DNA from: Eledone cirrhosa
Lineage: Eukaryota
Direction of reading: 5' to 3'
Length of the DNA: 64,000 bases
NCBI GenBank assembly: GCA_964016885.1
Contig: OZ024741.1
Span: 27,528,001 to 27,592,000, forward strand
The notes below the pieces were generated by a model. It worked only from the letters and a program-made list of their open reading frames with translations, searched no databases and was not told the origin of the DNA. The translations under genes were made by a program, and so were the position numbers. Positions 26,341 through 37,800 of this stretch are shown here, in pieces; position 1 is the first letter of the stretch; the number at the start of each line of letters is the position of its first letter.

Positions 26341-26589
26341 GATTAAAATATAGTTGACATAATATGTTTATAACAGATAACTATGTCCAACATTATATAA
26401 CTTCTGTAAAATATAGTTGACATAATAAGTATATGTATAATTGATTAAATAAAAAATCTATTATTTTATAGAATAAATGTTAAATTGAGAAAAAACGAAA
26501 CAAAACAAAGAACTCTACCACTGCCTAATGATAAGAAGATGAACATTTTAGAATATGAACATTCCCCAAAGAAAGAAAAAATCACCAAC

Positions 26590-26688
26590 CTGCATTCTGT
26601 ATACTGGTGTTCTGCCATTAACCAAAATTGTTGTTTAATAATATCTGGAGTGATCACAGGCTTCATTTGTGAAGCTTTAATGCTGGAG
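26590..26688 (-). CDS. CFAP221: CFAP221-like internal exon (V)SSIKASQMKPVITPDIIKQQFWLMAEHQYTEC(R)
   Basis: T-tract plus GACAG acceptor, GTTGGT donor, 99 nt, phase 2/2. VITPDIIKQQF resembles the recalled CFAP221 LTPEMIK.EF motif. Confidence 0.8.
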
Positions 26689-26749
26689 CTGTCCTCAATA
26701 AAAAAAAAGAATATTCAGAATGAAACAAAAAGAAAAACAAGATTTTAAC

Positions 26750-27122
26750 TTAACCCTTTCGCATTTACATTACTCTATATTTACTATATTTTCATGGCAA
26801 AGGCTTTATTTCACATAAATCCATAACTCTATGCTGCAAAACATAGTTATGGGTCTTTACATCCTGAGTTTAAATCCCACCCACCGAGATTAACTTCGCC
26901 TTTCATCCTTACTGGATCGATAAAATAAAGTACCATTATCTCACATAATATTGAATAATGGAATAATTATCTCACATAATATTGAATCTATGAAATTTTG
27001 ATATTATTTATTTTGAGAACAATACCTTAACATCAGTATGAGTGGCTGTTACAGTTGGTTTGAACAGAAAAAGGTGAGAGAATTCTATCCCGATACGGCC
27101 AGTTTAAATGCTAAAGGGTTAA
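26750..27122. mobile_element. piggyBac-type MITE (family M1) carrying a nested SINE
   Basis: Termini TTAA-CCCTTTCGCATTTA and TAAATGCTAAAGGG-TTAA. Body matches 30423-30645 and 31854-32082. S1 SINE piece at ~26821-26934. Confidence 0.85.
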
Positions 27123-27826
27123 ACTCAGGTAGCAGTTCCTTAAACTTCTTCTATCCTATCTTTATTCTAGCTATAATGTTCTCAGAGCACCCTTCTCCAC
27201 AGCTGGTTACATCACCTAGGTAGCAGAAACTATCAACCACTTCTATTCAGAATGAAACAAAAACAAGAACACAAAATTTTAATTTAAGTTCAATATATGA
27301 TGGATGTATGTGTTGGACAGCTTGCAAGAGGCTGAACATTCCACAAACACAAGTGTACCCTCAACATAGATCTCATGGGGATTCACCATGACACATGGCT
27401 GGTATTTTGAATAATAGGTAATGACCAAAAGAATACAATCATAATACAAACAGCCAAAATGGGGGTTCCTCCAAACAGTCTTTGGAGTAACGTTATGCAA
27501 TAGAGTGCGTAGCTTGGAGATCAGATAGTCACTCCAGGTTGAGAGATCACAGTTCCAATACGATGGGCATGTGGTTAAAATGTCTCAGGCTTTCATACAT
27601 CTGTTTTTCTAGCATGGGTTTGGTTGGTTATTACAGACCAAGTCCACATCTAACAGAGAGATACTGCCCTCTTAAACCAACCAGGGGTGACATCTTGTTT
27701 ACATATGTTCCAGTTTCGTTTACATAGTTTCTACAGCTGAATGTCCTCCTTCCTAACACCAACCACTTTACAGAGTGTACTGGGTGCATGACATTGTTTT
27801 TATAACACAAATTCTGAAACACTTAC

Positions 27827-27898
27827 ACTGCTGACTCTTTCAATTTGGCAGGCACCTGCTTCATCAAAGGAGGGGGTTTCGCTATTATATATTCTGAA
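27827..27898 (-). CDS. CFAP221: CFAP221-like internal exon (Y)SEYIIAKPPPLMKQVPAKLKESA(V)
   Basis: CTCTTTTACAG acceptor, GTAAGT donor, 72 nt, phase 2/2 matching both neighbours. Confidence 0.85.
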
Positions 27899-28439
27899 CT
27901 GTAAAAGAGAATGAAATTGACAGTCATAATGAGGCGCCACTGCCACCACCACCACTTTCTGATGTCATATTTGTTGATATAAATGGTCATGATTAAAACA
28001 TGTCTCTCTGTCTCTCAAAAAGGCAATAATTGCAACATGCCCTTATATTTAAAAACTATGGGGTAGTTGCTCTAAAATTTGATTTATTTTGAATGATTGA
28101 CTGACTTGTCATTTTATCAGTCAGATGTTCTAATGATTCTCTCTCTATATATATATTGATGGTGATAGCTGTTATTGAGATAGTAGCCATTTAACCTGCT
28201 GACTGCCATTATTTTCTGCATTTGGTATTTCTACATTTTCTAAGAATTTTAAATCAATCTAACTAAAAATAGTTCCTTAATTCATCCAATCACTGAGTAT
28301 TTTACATCAGAAATGAGTATCCCTCATACAACACCTAAAGTCATTGACTACGAATGTGAAATGTAAACAAACAACTCACAGAGGGGAGGGGGTGCTTCAA
28401 CTTTCATTGACACTTGAATGTCCTGACTATACTTAGGGG

Positions 28440-29140
28440 GCATGGGGTTAAGAAAATGACAGTAGGGAAGGCAGCTAGACCTCCTAGAATTGTCACAGAA
28501 ATAGTTAAACTATCTGGTGAAGCAGGACACACAGCTACTAGTATAATAAACCAGACTACAGGAAAGTGTCATACCCAATGACTGGTGTAGCAACATCGTC
28601 AACTGCTACAAGAGTAAAGGAGAAGATACACTACAGAAAAGCATCAAAGTTTTTGATCAGTTATGAAGATTACAGAGAGATGGTGAAGTTGATGAGATGC
28701 AATTTAGCTTTATGACAGGAAGAAGTACTACTGATGCCATTTTCCTAGTGAGAAAATTCCTGAGAAGTACTCGAGTACTTCTTAGGAATTTCTCAGCTAA
28801 CAAATTTTCTCAATTTGTTAGCTTGGAAAAATCCATTGATAGAATTCTACACTCTATAATCAGGTGGGCACTCAGGAAACTAGGAATAGATGAATGATTT
28901 GTGAGAGCTGTACAATCTATGTACAGGGATGCAGGCAGCAAGGTGACTGTTAACAATGAGTACAGTGATGAATTTAGACTGCAGGCAGGCATCCACTAAG
29001 GATCAGTTCTTAATCCCCTCCTATTCATTATAGTCCTCCAGCTCATAATAGAAATTCAAAACTGGATGTCCATGGTAACTCTTGTGTGCTGATCATCTAG
29101 CCCTTATAACAGAAACTGTACAGAATGTTCTAGAATCAAA
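28440..29140 (+). mobile_element. Decayed RTE-type LINE RT fragment
   Basis: MQFSFMTGRSTTDAIFLVR...LEKSIDR...WALRKLGIDE, then GSVLNPLLFIIVLQ. Inverted homologue of ~34,600-35,350. Confidence 0.85.
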
Positions 29141-29369
29141 GGCATGGATAGGATGGGATGGGTTGAGACAATGCATTACAGCTGGATGCCTTTCCTGAAG
29201 CCAACCTTTTTAGTTGCCTCTTACAACATGCAAGAATACATCATCATCATTGTTTAATGTCCATCTTCCTCGCTAGCAGGGGTTAGACATTGTACCTATT
29301 CTAAAAATCAGGATACACACGGTTTATATTTATCTTAAAACTCTCAATCATAATTTTGTGTAAAAAATG

Positions 29370-29523
29370 TATGAGCCTTCGTTAAGCTATATTCCAAACA
29401 CCAGGTTAATAATGGGAAAGTTAGTTAAATTACGAAATCTTTCTAAATTCTTGATTACGTTCAAAATTAGTTGAAAACCATAGGCAGTGTCTTTCATTAG
29501 AAATATGGTAATGAAAGGGTTAA
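29370..29523. mobile_element. Terminal part of a second TTAA-ended element (family M2)
   Basis: Ends in TTTCATTAGAAATATGGTAATGAAAGGGTTAA. Related ends at ~39230-39268 and, inverted, at ~21013, ~21428 and ~22311. Confidence 0.65.
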
Positions 29524-30690
29524 TGACATAGGCAGTGTCTTTCATTAGAAATATGGTAATGAAAGGGTTAATGACATAGGTAGTGTCTTTCATTAGAAAT
29601 ATGGTAATGAAAGGTTAATGACATAGACAGTGTCTTTCATTAGAAATATGATAATGAAAGGGTTAATGACATAGAGAGTGTCTTTCATTAGAAATATGGT
29701 AATGAAAGGTTAATGACATAGGTAGTGTATTTCATTAGAAATATAGTAATGAAAGGTTAATGACATAGACAGTGTCTTTCATTAGAAATATGGTAATGAA
29801 AGGGTTAATGACATAGGCAGTCTCTGTCATTAGAAATATGGTAATGAAAGGGTTAATGACATAGAGAGTGTCTTTCATTAGAAATATGGTAATGAAAGGT
29901 TAATGACATAGACAGTGTCTTTCATTAGAAATATGGTAATGAAAGGGTTAATGACATAGACAGTGTCTTTCATTAGAAATATGGTAATGAAAGGGTTAAT
30001 GACATAGGTAGTGTCTTACATTAGAAATATGGTAATGAAAGGTTAATGACATAGAGAGTGTCTTTCATTAGAAATATGGTAATGAAAGGGTTAATGACAT
30101 AGGTAGTGTCTTACATTAGAAATATGGTAATGAAAGGTTAATTACATAGAAAGTGTCTTTCATTAGAAATATGGTAATGAAAGGTTAATGACATAGGCAG
30201 TGTCTTTCATTAGAAATATGGTAATGAAAGGGTTAATGACATAGACAGTGTCTTTCATTAGAAATATGGTAATGAAAGGGTTAATGACATAGACAGTGTC
30301 TTCCATTAGAAATATGATAATCAAAGGGTTAATGACATAGGCAGTCTCTTTCATTAGAAATATGGTAATGAAAGGGTTAATGATGTAGAGTGTCTTTCAT
30401 TAGAAATATGGTAATGAAAGGGTTAACCCTTTAGCATTACTCTATATATACTATTGTATTTTTGTGGTAAAAGCTTTATCTTACATAATTATCTCACATA
30501 ATATTGAATCTACGAGATTTTGATGTTATTTATTTTGAGAACAATATCATAATGTCAGTATGAGCGGCAAGTTACAGCCAGTTTGAATAGAAAGAGATGA
30601 GAGAATTATGGCCGGATATGGCCGGTTTAAATGCTAAAGGGTTAATGATGTAGAGAGTCTTTCATTAGAAATATGGTAATGAAAGGGTTA
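29479..30690. repeat. 47/48-bp minisatellite CATAGACAGTGTCTTTCATTAGAAATATGGTAATGAAAGGGTTAATGA, ~21 copies
   Basis: Tandem copies, interrupted near the end by MITE M1. Confidence 0.97.
30423..30645. mobile_element. piggyBac-type MITE (family M1) with TTAA target-site duplication
   Basis: TTAA-CCCTTTAGCATT ... AATGCTAAAGGG-TTAA. The host monomer resumes exactly after the second TTAA. Confidence 0.92.
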
Positions 30691-30748
30691 TTATATTAGA
30701 GATAAAGAGACGGACAGTCAGATAAAGTTAATGAGACGATTGACTTAC

Positions 30749-30849
30749 TATTTTGGCAGTCTGACTTCTCCAAGTGTGGGGTTGCAGTTCAGAGCTGCTA
30801 AACTTGGTGATGGAAATTTCCTCCATGTCAATGCCCCACGAATAACATC
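30749..30849 (-). CDS. CFAP221: CFAP221-like internal exon DVIRGALTWRKFPSPSLAALNCNPTLGEVRLPK(Y)
   Basis: TTTCTTTTCTAAG acceptor, GTAAGT donor, 101 nt, phase 0/2. Matches the recalled CFAP221 D.I.G.M.WK.F.S motif. Confidence 0.9.
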
Positions 30850-31189
30850 CTTAGAAAAGAAAGTTTATATGAATTTATACAATGAAACTGATATATATGT
30901 AAAGGTTATCATCATCATTTAGCATCCACTTTCCCTGCTAACAAGTGTTGAACAGGTCAACATAGACCAGTATTGAAGCAGGGCCACTGATGTCCCAGAC
31001 ATGCCACAGAGGTCTGTATTCCACTTACGTACTGTCATTATTGAGTGCAGAGGAGAAATTATTGTGTCTTTAGACACAAACTGAAGGCTCCTCCTAACTC
31101 CTTGTTTGGCAAGTTTTCTATGGCTGAATGCCAATTCTAACACCAACCACATTACAGCATGTACTGGGTGCTTTTATTGTGTGTAGAAA

Positions 31190-31302
31190 GAGAAAGAGAG
31201 AGAGAGAGAGGAAGATAGATAGATATCATCATCATCATCATTTAACGTTCGTTTTCACTGTTAGCAAAGGTTGGACATAGATGTTGATGATATATATCTA
31301 GG

Positions 31303-31334
<32 letters not shown>

Positions 31335-31468
31335 TATACCTATATATATTTAGGTACATATATATATACCTATATATATTTAGGTACATATATGCATATA
31401 GGTGTGCACATGCACATACACACATATACATGCATATAGGTATATATACATATATATATAGATACACA
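31190..31468. repeat. Low-complexity block: (GA)n, (CAT)n retroposon tail remnant, (TA)n/(CATA)n
   Basis: Directly visible. Confidence 0.9.
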
Positions 31469-31853
31469 TAATTGTCATTATGGCTACAGATTTTTACATA
31501 GATAAAATACTAGAACAGCTAACAAATGAAAATTACTACAGGAAAGAAACATGACATCTGGACAGAACAACTTTAAACAAAATAAAATCATTAATCAAAC
31601 AACACTCAGACTGTTTTACTAATAAAGAAATAGATTAGTTATGCAACTTTTATGGATTACCAAAGATTCATAAAAGCTATTACTTAACAAAATAACCAAT
31701 ATACATACAAGTACTGAAACCAGCTGATCTCAAAATTGAAACCAGTTGTAGCAGGATCACAATCTCAAACATATTGTCTGAGTCAGTTTATAGATTTGCT
31801 TATCAAATCTCTACCTCCATTGATCTTGAGTTATTTATCAGAAACAGATTTCT

Positions 31854-32082
31854 TTAACCCTTTAACATTTACATAACTTTATATTTACTATCATATTTTC
31901 ATGGTAAAGACTTTACCTCAGATAATGATCCCACATAATATCAAATCTATGAGATTTTGATATTATTTATTTTGAGAACAATATCTTAACATGAGTAAGA
32001 GCAACCAGTTACAACCGGTTTGAACAGAAAGAGGTGAGAAAATTTGGGCCAAATATGGCTGGTTTAAATGCTAAAGGGGTAA
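31854..32082. mobile_element. piggyBac-type MITE (family M1)
   Basis: TTAACCCTTTAACATTTA ... TAAATGCTAAAGGGGTAA, with the right TTAA mutated. Confidence 0.85.
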
Positions 32083-32193
32083 ACACATTCCATTAACTGT
32101 CCTAATTTTATTTGTCTAACATCACAATTTGCTCCTTTTGTTTTCATTTTTTTTTTGTTAATTTTAAAATAGATAAAAAAAGATATATTTTAC

Positions 32194-32328
32194 CTTCCTA
32201 TCCAGAAACTTCTTTTGACTGATAGAATACTTCTGTGGAAACCTGGGTACAGGACACACATGGAAATCTGGAGCCAATTCCATATATGGTAATGGCGTTT
32301 CAAATTGCAGAAGGCTTGGCATCAGATT
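32194..32328 (-). CDS. CFAP221: CFAP221-like internal exon NLMPSLLQFETPLPYMELAPDFHVCPVPRFPQKYSISQKKFLDRK
   Basis: TTTTCTAG acceptor, GTAAAA donor, 135 nt, phase 0/0. Resembles the recalled CFAP221 PL.Y.E...D(Y/F)H.C..P(K/R)(Y/F) and Q..FL motifs. Confidence 0.9.
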
Positions 32329-32649
32329 CTAGAAAATTAAACCAAAATGCAAATGAAGTCAGATAGAAGGAAGTTTTTGTATCTCTATCTCTATTTAACT
32401 ATCTTTCTCTCTCTCACACACACTCTGTATGTAAGTAATTTAATGTTTCTTTGTTAACGAGTTAAACTACCTGATTTCTTTGATGTTTTCTGTCTTGTTA
32501 CATTCTATTCAAGTAATCTTGCTCATTTATCGTGTAAAAGTTTGCTCTGGTAAAGGTTTTTTTCGCACCTACTTTCATTGAACAATTGTGGACGAGGTCC
32601 AAATAATTACATCTACCATTATATCGATCTAAATTCATATGTACATATA

Positions 32650-33218
32650 TCATCATCATCATCATTTAATATCTATCTTCCATGCAAGCATGAGTTAGAT
32701 GGGAATTGTCCCACTTGAAGCAAGATTGATTGGGTAACCGTGTCTCGCTCATATAGGACTATCTGGCAGGTTTTCTACGGCTGGAAGCCATTCCTAACAC
32801 CAACTACATTTACAGTGTGGACTGGGAGCTTTTTTCCGTGTTACCTACACGACCACATTACAGCGTGGACTGTGTGTTTTTTTTTTTATCACGACACCTT
32901 ACACAACCTCTTTAGTTTGGACTGGATGCTGTGGTACCAACATAACTTTACAGAGAAAGGGTGGTGTTGGTGGGAGTGGGAGGGTGGAGTAGGGGTAGTG
33001 GGATGAGGTGTATATTTGGTTAGGAAGGGCCTACTAACTGTAGGTTAACTTTGTACGTAGGGAAGGTGGGTCTTCTGTATTACTGCATGCCACCAAAGAT
33101 CTCGATCCAGTGACATTGTCTTAGAGAGGTGTAAGTGTGCAAGGTCAGATTTTATCATGTCGTCCCAGGTTTTTCTGGGCCTACCTACTCCGTAACTTTC
33201 ATCAATTTTGATCACCCT
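32650..33218 (-). mobile_element. 3' end of an RTE-type LINE with (GAT)n tail
   Basis: (CAT)n on the plus strand at ~32650-32664. Homologous to 38350-39025 and, inverted, to 21738-22245. Confidence 0.85.
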
Positions 33219-33299
33219 GATATATATAAGTAGTGTGGTCAGTATTTATAGCTCACACTTACGCTGGTTTGACTGGCCTATTATGAATTTGTATCTCAT

Positions 33300-33465
33300 G
33301 GGAGATTTCTCAGGTTTAATGATAAGGGCTCCAGTGCTATCATAAAAAGCAATGTGAAATGAAGCGACTTCCTCAAGAATACAATGTGCTGCCCAGATCA
33401 AGAATCGAATCCATGACTTTACGATGATGAGACAAAAACCTTAACCACACAGCCACATTCCTTCA
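33300..33465 (-). mobile_element. Decayed tRNA-derived SINE, same family as 39445-39683
   Basis: Reverse complement begins GAAGGAATGTGGCTGTGTGGTTAAG...GGATTCGATTC...TTCTTGAGGAAGTCGCTT. Confidence 0.65.
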
Positions 33466-33498
33466 AAATCAATGTAATAGACACATCTTTACACTTAC

Positions 33499-33717
33499 AA
33501 AGACATTCTCTGTAGAAGTCTTCCGATATTGCAGCATAAAGTCTGGCATCTTAAAAAGCATTATTGCCATTTCAATGTCATTTCTGGTGACGTTTACAGG
33601 CATCAATGCCTTCAAAATACTATATTTGGCCATTCCTTCAATAATTTTCCTTTTGCTAGATTTCTTGACTTTTTTAGTTCTTGGAGACGTTAAGTGTTGA
33701 GTCTCTGAAACACTTAC
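33499..33717 (-). CDS. CFAP221: CFAP221-like internal exon VSVSETQHLTSPRTKKVKKSSKRKII...FKMPDFMLQYRKTSTENVF (73 aa)
   Basis: Long pyrimidine tract plus CAAG acceptor, GTAAGT donor, 219 nt open, phase 0/0. The VF|N junction matches the recalled CFAP221 VFNP motif. The 5' boundary is less certain than the 3'. Confidence 0.75.
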
Positions 33718-33832
33718 CTTGAAGGAATCAAATGAACGCAGAAAACAGCAGGAAAAGAAAAGAAAACAAATGTTAGAATAGGGAAAAATAATACAAATAA
33801 TAAGGAATTAATAACAAAAGAATATATATATA

Positions 33833-36120
33833 TCATCATTATACGTCCGCTTTTCCTTTCTTACAAGGGTGGGACATGTTCTTTTCAGCACAGTATATCT
33901 CTCCATTCGTCAAGGTCCTTCATCATCTCCACTATGAGCTTCAGCCATCTGAGGTCAGCTCTCACCACATCTGCCTATGATTTTCATAGTCTTCCTCTAC
34001 TGCGTCTTCCTTCCACCGGGATTTCTTGGCACTTCTTTACCCAGCAGTCATCCTCTATGCGCATCCCATGTCCAAACAAATGCAGTCTTCTCCCCCGCAC
34101 ACTACAGTTTATCCCTCTTATACACAGTTTCATTCTCAACTCGTATATGCTTGGTCGTTCATGTACATTGACATTGCACATCCATCGGAGCATGCTTTTT
34201 CTATCCAGCTGTCACATATCCTCTGCAGTTGCTGCCCATGTCTCACTACCAACTAATCCTAATTCTAGATACTATGGCATCGGAACACCCTCCTACCTTA
34301 CTAATTTGATCACCTAGGTATTGGAAGCTATCAACCACTTCTATAGATCCTACCTGCATTTGAAAAATGTGTCTATCACTGCCACTTCTACTATCAAATT
34401 TCCCTGAACATCTACTAAATATGTAGTTTTCCCTTCCTGTTAGTTTGCCTGCTTTCCCACTACATCTTTTGTGTACCCAAGATCTGCATTGTGTACATTC
34501 TATATACATATCGAACATGACAATTTCTCTGATGGAATCAGTTTTGTCCTCTTTCCTACTTATCAACACTTTAGTCTTAGCTAGGTTTACTCTCAGTCCT
34601 CTTAACTCCAACTGCTGTTTCCATAGCCAGAATTTATTCTCTAGCTCCTCTACTGATTCTGCTATAAGTACCAGATTGTCAGCATAGAGAAGTTCCCGTG
34701 GGCAGCCAGTCTTAAACTCCTCTGTTATGGCTTGGAGAACTATAATGAATAAGAGTGGGCTGAGGACTGAACCCTGATGCACTCTTACTTATATCTGGAA
34801 TTCCTCACTAAACTCTATTCCTACTCTCACTTTACTGACAGTTCCTCTGTACATAGCTTGCACTGTCCTCACAAGCCATTCCTCACCACCTAGTTTTCTT
34901 AGGGACCACCAGATGACAGATCGGGGTACCCTATCAAAGGCCTTCTTTAGGTCAACAAAAGCTAAGTATAGTGGCTTATTCTTCTCTAAAAACCTCTCTT
35001 GTAATTGTCTCACTAAGAAGAGGGTATCTGTTGTACTTTTCTCAGACACAAAAATAAACTGCATCTCATCTAATTTGAACCTTTCTCTAATTAGTTGTGC
35101 TAGCACTCTTTCTGTCACTTTCAGAACCTGATCCATCAGTTTTATGCCCTTATAATTGTTCCTCTCCAGACATCCACTTTACCTTTGTAACAATTAACAA
35201 GTATACTGCTGCACCAGTCTTTGGGTATGACACCGCCATATATAGCTTGATTGATGATGTGTGCAACCAGTTTAGTTCCTACTTCTGATGCCTTCAACAC
35301 CTCAGCAACTATCCCTGACGGTCCAGCAGCCTTACCACTTTTCATTTCCTTAATTGCCTCTTTGACCCTATAGTCATCAATCTCAATAGCTGGTTCCACT
35401 GTTGGGTCTACTGGGGGTAGTTTTTCTCTCTCCCATCCATTCTCAACATTCATCAGTCTCTCATAATGACATTTCCAGGCTTCCTTTTTCTGAGTATCAA
35501 TGACACTTAGTGCACCAGCATCATTTCAGACACACTTATCTCCAACAACATCCTGATTTACACTGACACACTGCATTGCAATGCAGAACACTGCACATCT
35601 CTGATCTTCTTGTTGCAGAACATTGGCAAACCTCCTACTCTCAGCTTCCCTGCATGCTAAGTATATCTGATGCCTAGCCTCTCTTTTAGCGGCTGAGTAT
35701 CAATCACTACTCCCACCATTTTTCCAAGCATTCCCTGCCTGTCTTTTGTCTTTAATGGCTCTATTTACCATGCTGTTCCACCACCAGGTCACCCTGTCTG
35801 GTTGGAGCCTTGCTCCAGCCACAAGTCTCTTCAGTAGCCTGCAGTAAGTTGTCAACTATGTCATACAATTCTAATTCATCTTCTTTCTCGTCATACACAT
35901 CTTGAAGGGCCTTCCTAAATTTAAATTTTAGTGAAAGGTCTTTTAGCTTCCAGACCTTCCTGTGTGTCTCATTCTGTCTCTTGCTTATTGAGATGTCACT
36001 AACGACTAACCTATGTTGGGGGGCACTTTCTTCCCCAGGGTATGCCTTAGTATTCGAAACTTATCTGTCTGTCTCGTTGCCTAACTAGCAAGAAGTCAAT
36101 CTGGCTTATGTACTCGCCTT
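33833..36120 (-). mobile_element. Decayed RTE-type LINE (end of endonuclease through RT to 3' end) with a Cys/His insert in the RT
   Basis: GKAAGPSG; QF.F...KSTTD.LF; AFVDLKKAFDRVPR; HQGSVLSPLLF; LLYADN; CTQCRSWVHKRC; FQYLG; GRRSRGR. Multiple frameshifts. Confidence 0.92.
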
Positions 36121-36139
36121 TGTATCTATCCTGGAGTTG

Positions 36140-36385
36140 TCCAACATGACACTGCAAAGTGGTCGTGGAGGTGTCACGACAAAAAAAAGCACCCAGCCCA
36201 CACTGTAAAGTGGTCATGTAGACGCCATGGTAAAAAAGCCAGTACTCACTGTAAATGAGGTTGGTGTTAGGTTAGTTCACGTACAAGCAAGATATGGTCA
36301 CCCGACCTGGCATTGCCCACAACAGGACAACCCGTTTAACCTATGCTAGCGAGGAAGAATGGTTGTAAAACAGTGATGATGATGA
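36140..36385 (+). mobile_element. RTE 3'UTR-related short retroposon with (GAT)n tail
   Basis: Shares GTGTCACGACAAAAAAA...CACACTGTAAA...GGTTGGTGTTAGG with 22000-22245. Confidence 0.75.
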
Positions 36386-36555
36386 TCATCATCATCATGG
36401 TGCCTACATGACCACTTTACAGTGGGAGGGGGTGGGATATATATATATAGTATAGATGATTCAGTGAATTACTGGTGTTGGTACCAAAGCAAACAATCTA
36501 TGCACAGGCAGAGTGTATATATTAAAAAAAAATGAAACTTCCTCATTTTTTAAAA

Positions 36556-37711
36556 ATATATAAATAAAGCTGTAGTTGTCTGTGTGTGTCTCCTCATTTT
36601 AGCAAAGTCTATACAAATCCACATTTCTACTCCGATTGACTTCAAACTTGCATTTATATATTCCTTGCGTTCTAAAGATATTAACTGCAGCTTTTATTTT
36701 TCAATTTTCTGTTGTTAAAGAGGTGTTAGGCGGCGGTTATCCATCTCTGTCGCACTCTTATAATATCTGTCTGTATGCCTGGCTGTCTGCATAACGACAT
36801 TATGACGAACATTGATGACGTATTATGTTCGCTATTATCCGTTCATTGCCAGGGAATGTCTTCACGAACCAAAGTATCATCTTCCTGTTTTCCTTCGGTT
36901 GCAACGTTTGTTAAAATATTTACTTCTGCGTTCACAGATTGATTTTTTTTAGTTTCAGAAGATCCCGTCAAGGGTGAAAGCAGTGACTCTTTGCTTATCT
37001 GTTATTTTAATATATAATATAAGCAAGGCAAGCCAGCCCAGTTGCACTTCTTGACAATAAACATTAACCCTTTGTGCGCCATTCATCTAACTGTAGACCA
37101 ACAAATACCAACTAAACGGAGCATTGACAAGAATGATGGCGAATGAATCTTCGAGGTAAGCAGTTTCCTCCCGAGTTGTTAGTTCACGCAGGATTCTCTG
37201 CTACACCTTTTCGTAATAATACCAAACAACGTATTGCTGGTCACTCCTTCCTCCAAAAGCCGTATAAACCGGTCATGTGCATTGGGCAGATGGATCGGGT
37301 GCAAATCTACACCAGGCCTACGCGAGAAATTCACAAGGGACTGCACTGAGAGAGATAGAGAGAAGAGTAACTTAGTGGAAAGAGTGCGAATGAACTTTTG
37401 AGGTAAGTAGCCTACGCCTTACTGCTATGACACTGGAACCTTCTGCCAACTTAACCTGTGACTTTCTCTTTCACATTTACTTCAATAGGCCAAAACAGAG
37501 GAGTATGAAAAGAAGGGGCTCAACAATATTTTTATGAACAATGCACATAGACAGCTAAACTGTACTTTCAACTTCTTAATTTTCTCCAAATAAAACAAGT
37601 TTCCTGTCGGTATATTTTCGCGAGTTTTTAACAGGCATTCACAAATAAACGTTCTCATTGGAGGTGATATTACCAATTTTCTTACCCGTGCAACGCCGGG
37701 ATACACTGCTA

Positions 37712-37712
<1 letters not shown>
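36556..37712 (+). mobile_element. Non-autonomous Helitron
   Basis: Canonical 3' end: hairpin CCCGTGCAACGCCGGG (37685-37700), 8-nt spacer, CTAG (37709-37712), then T. The 5' end ATATATAAATAAAG...TTGTCTGTGTGTGTC is typical but lacks a clean TC, so the start is approximate. Confidence 0.8.
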
Positions 37713-37790
<78 letters not shown>

Positions 37791-37800
37791 CATATATATA
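37713..37800. repeat. (TA)n microsatellite
   Basis: Directly visible, abutting the Helitron CTAG. Confidence 0.97.

Noticed and set aside
31700-31850. Extra minus-strand exon ending at GTATGT
   Set aside because: No good acceptor gives a compatible phase, and the flanking exons already join in frame with contiguous motifs.
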